From NCBI GenBank assembly GCA_947164985.1, contig CAMUYI010000003.1, positions 41,378 to 105,377 on the forward strand: DNA of 64,000 nt, written 5' to 3'. This DNA is from an uncultured Bacteroidales bacterium. Its GTDB lineage: Bacteria > Bacteroidota > Bacteroidia > Bacteroidales > Paludibacteraceae. The stretch's first letter is position 1. Each line of letters starts with the position of its first letter. The position numbers were made by a program, and so were the translations under genes. This document shows, in pieces, positions 62,756 to 64,000 of the stretch. Below the pieces are notes generated by a model. That model made no database searches. It saw only the letters and a list, made by a program, of their open reading frames with translations, and had not been told where the DNA came from.

Positions 62756-63547
62756 ATGTATAAGACAATTAGACTTTTTGCGTTGGGTATGGTGGCCTTT
62801 CTGGCTGCGAGTTGTGTGACGCAAAAACAGATTACGTATCTGCAAGATGCGGATGGGGCGAAAGGGGATTCTATCAATGCCCATTTTGTTCCCCAGACAG
62901 AGACGATTATTCGTTGCGGCGACGCGCTGACTGTTTTTGTTTCGGCGTTGGATAAAGAGGCGGTTGCCCCGTATAATCTGCCGGCGGCAGTGTTCGCTTC
63001 TCCTGGTTCGACGCAAGTTCAAACGACTCCGATGTTGCAATGTTATACGGTAAACGAGGCGGGTGATATTGAATTGCCGGTCTTGGGGAAGGTGCATGTA
63101 GCCGGTCTGAAACGTCCGGAAGCAGAAGAGGCGATAAAGAAAAAATTGGAGGCGCAGATCGTTAACCCGTTGGTGCAAGTGAACCTGATAGGAGCGAAAG
63201 TATCGGTGATGGGTGAAGTGGCTCGTCCGGGACAAGTAGGGATATCTCAGGGACGTATCACGATTCTGGAAGCCATCGCGGCATCCGGCGATTTGACGCC
63301 TTACGGCCGTCGCGATAATGTGCTGGTGACGCGTGAGGTGGATGGAAAATTGGAGATGGCGCGTGTGGATTTGCGCAGCGCAGATTTATATACTTCGCCT
63401 TATTATTATTTGCAGCAAAACGATGTGATCTATGTGTCGCCAAACTCGGTGCGTGCAATCAGTAGTACCAACGCCGGTTTGTGGTTAAGCGTTGTATCGA
63501 CCGCCTTGAGTGCAGCTACGGTCATTGTAACGGTTGTTAAAAAGTGA
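62756..63547 (+). CDS. Polysaccharide export protein (Wza family)
   Basis: Lipoprotein signal FLAASC, a Poly_export block GDALTVFV...YTVNEAGDIELPVLGKVHVAGL, and an SLBB-like VSVMGEVARPG. Confidence 0.85.
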   Translation: MYKTIRLFALGMVAFLAASCVTQKQITYLQDADGAKGDSINAHFVPQTETIIRCGDALTVFVSALDKEAVAPYNLPAAVFASPGSTQVQTTPMLQCYTVNEAGDIELPVLGKVHVAGLKRPEAEEAIKKKLEAQIVNPLVQVNLIGAKVSVMGEVARPGQVGISQGRITILEAIAASGDLTPYGRRDNVLVTREVDGKLEMARVDLRSADLYTSPYYYLQQNDVIYVSPNSVRAISSTNAGLWLSVVSTALSAATVIVTVVKK

Positions 63548-63552
63548 GCAAG

Positions 63553-64000
63553 ATGGAGAAAAATACAAACGAGATAGACGTACGCAAGATAATGCGTTTG
63601 GTGCAGGAGCACTGGTGGTGGTTCGCATTGAGTGTGGCATTTTTTGTACTGTTGGGAACGGCGTATTACCTGCGTAAGGCTCCTAAATGGACGACGGATG
63701 CGAGTGTGATGTTGCGTCAGAAAGAAGGGTCGGGTACCTCTTTTGATGCGTTGTCGATGTTGGGCATTTCCGGAAACACAGCTGCCGAAGATGAAGTGAT
63801 CGTTCTCTCTTCGCGCGGTTTGTTGTACCAGGCGATTGATGCCTTGAATATTTGGGATGCTTCTACCAAACGAGGCGGATTGCGATGGGAGAGTGAGTTC
63901 CGTAATCCGGCGTTGACGATTGAGTATTTGGCTCTGACGGAAGATGCGCAAGTGAATGCGTTTACAGTGAAGGTTAAACCGACGAAGAAGGGATATAAAG
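63553..64000 (+). CDS. Polysaccharide chain-length determinant / tyrosine kinase (Wzc/GumC-like), N-terminal part; continues beyond the window
   Basis: Absent from the track because it is open at the window end. Hand translation gives MEKNTNEIDVRKIMRLVQEHWWWFALSVAFFVLLGTAYYLRKAPKWTTDASVMLRQK..., a typical Wzz-domain N-terminus following wza. Confidence 0.7.
   Translation, partial: MEKNTNEIDVRKIMRLVQEHWWWFALSVAFFVLLGTAYYLRKAPKWTTDASVMLRQKEGSGTSFDALSMLGISGNTAAEDEVIVLSSRGLLYQAIDALNIWDASTKRGGLRWESEFRNPALTIEYLALTEDAQVNAFTVKVKPTKKGYK

Overview
This is a chromosomal segment that looks like Bacteroidota, probably Bacteroidales. The inference rests on several observations: many TAnnTTTG -7 boxes with TTTG/TTGC -33 elements, almost no Shine-Dalgarno sequences, the gene orders HD-lpxD-lpxC-lpxA, rseC-rnfBCDGEA, ftsK-lolA-trxB and sigma54 activator-lptE-secG, and an HECVGH M49 peptidase. 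Most of the window is housekeeping. It holds a hexuronate catabolism set split into two parts (uxaB-uxaA, and uxaC ... kdgK-eda-exuT), plus nadB, glnS, lipid A genes, the Rnf complex, ftsK, trxB, secG, one tRNA-Leu(UAA) and the start of a Wza/Wzc polysaccharide export locus. I found no rRNA, CRISPR array, integrase or prophage.

Accessory or odd content:
1. A roughly 4 kb, visibly more A/T-rich insert sits between uxaC and kdgK. It carries a RhuM-Doc fusion, a secreted FISUMP-like protein, a small basic ORF and a REP-associated-tyrosine-transposase-like gene. Six copies of one hairpin repeat surround and interrupt that gene, three of them in frame inside it.
2. There are two giant surface-protein loci (2234 aa and 1394 aa). 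Each is followed by a small Gly-run ORF with a rare strong Shine-Dalgarno.
3. The 1394-aa gene sits downstream of a TPR-TM-AraC regulator that is split by a C10 homopolymer. Its upstream region is built from phased 9/11/33-nt tandem arrays.
4. A shortened EPSP-synthase-like domain is fused to a GT2 glycosyltransferase.
5. Two classes of short tandem repeat recur across the window: heptamer arrays filling operon spacers, and 11-nt arrays in longer intergenic regions.

Several ORF-track starts are upstream extensions or TTG starts, and I re-set those by hand.
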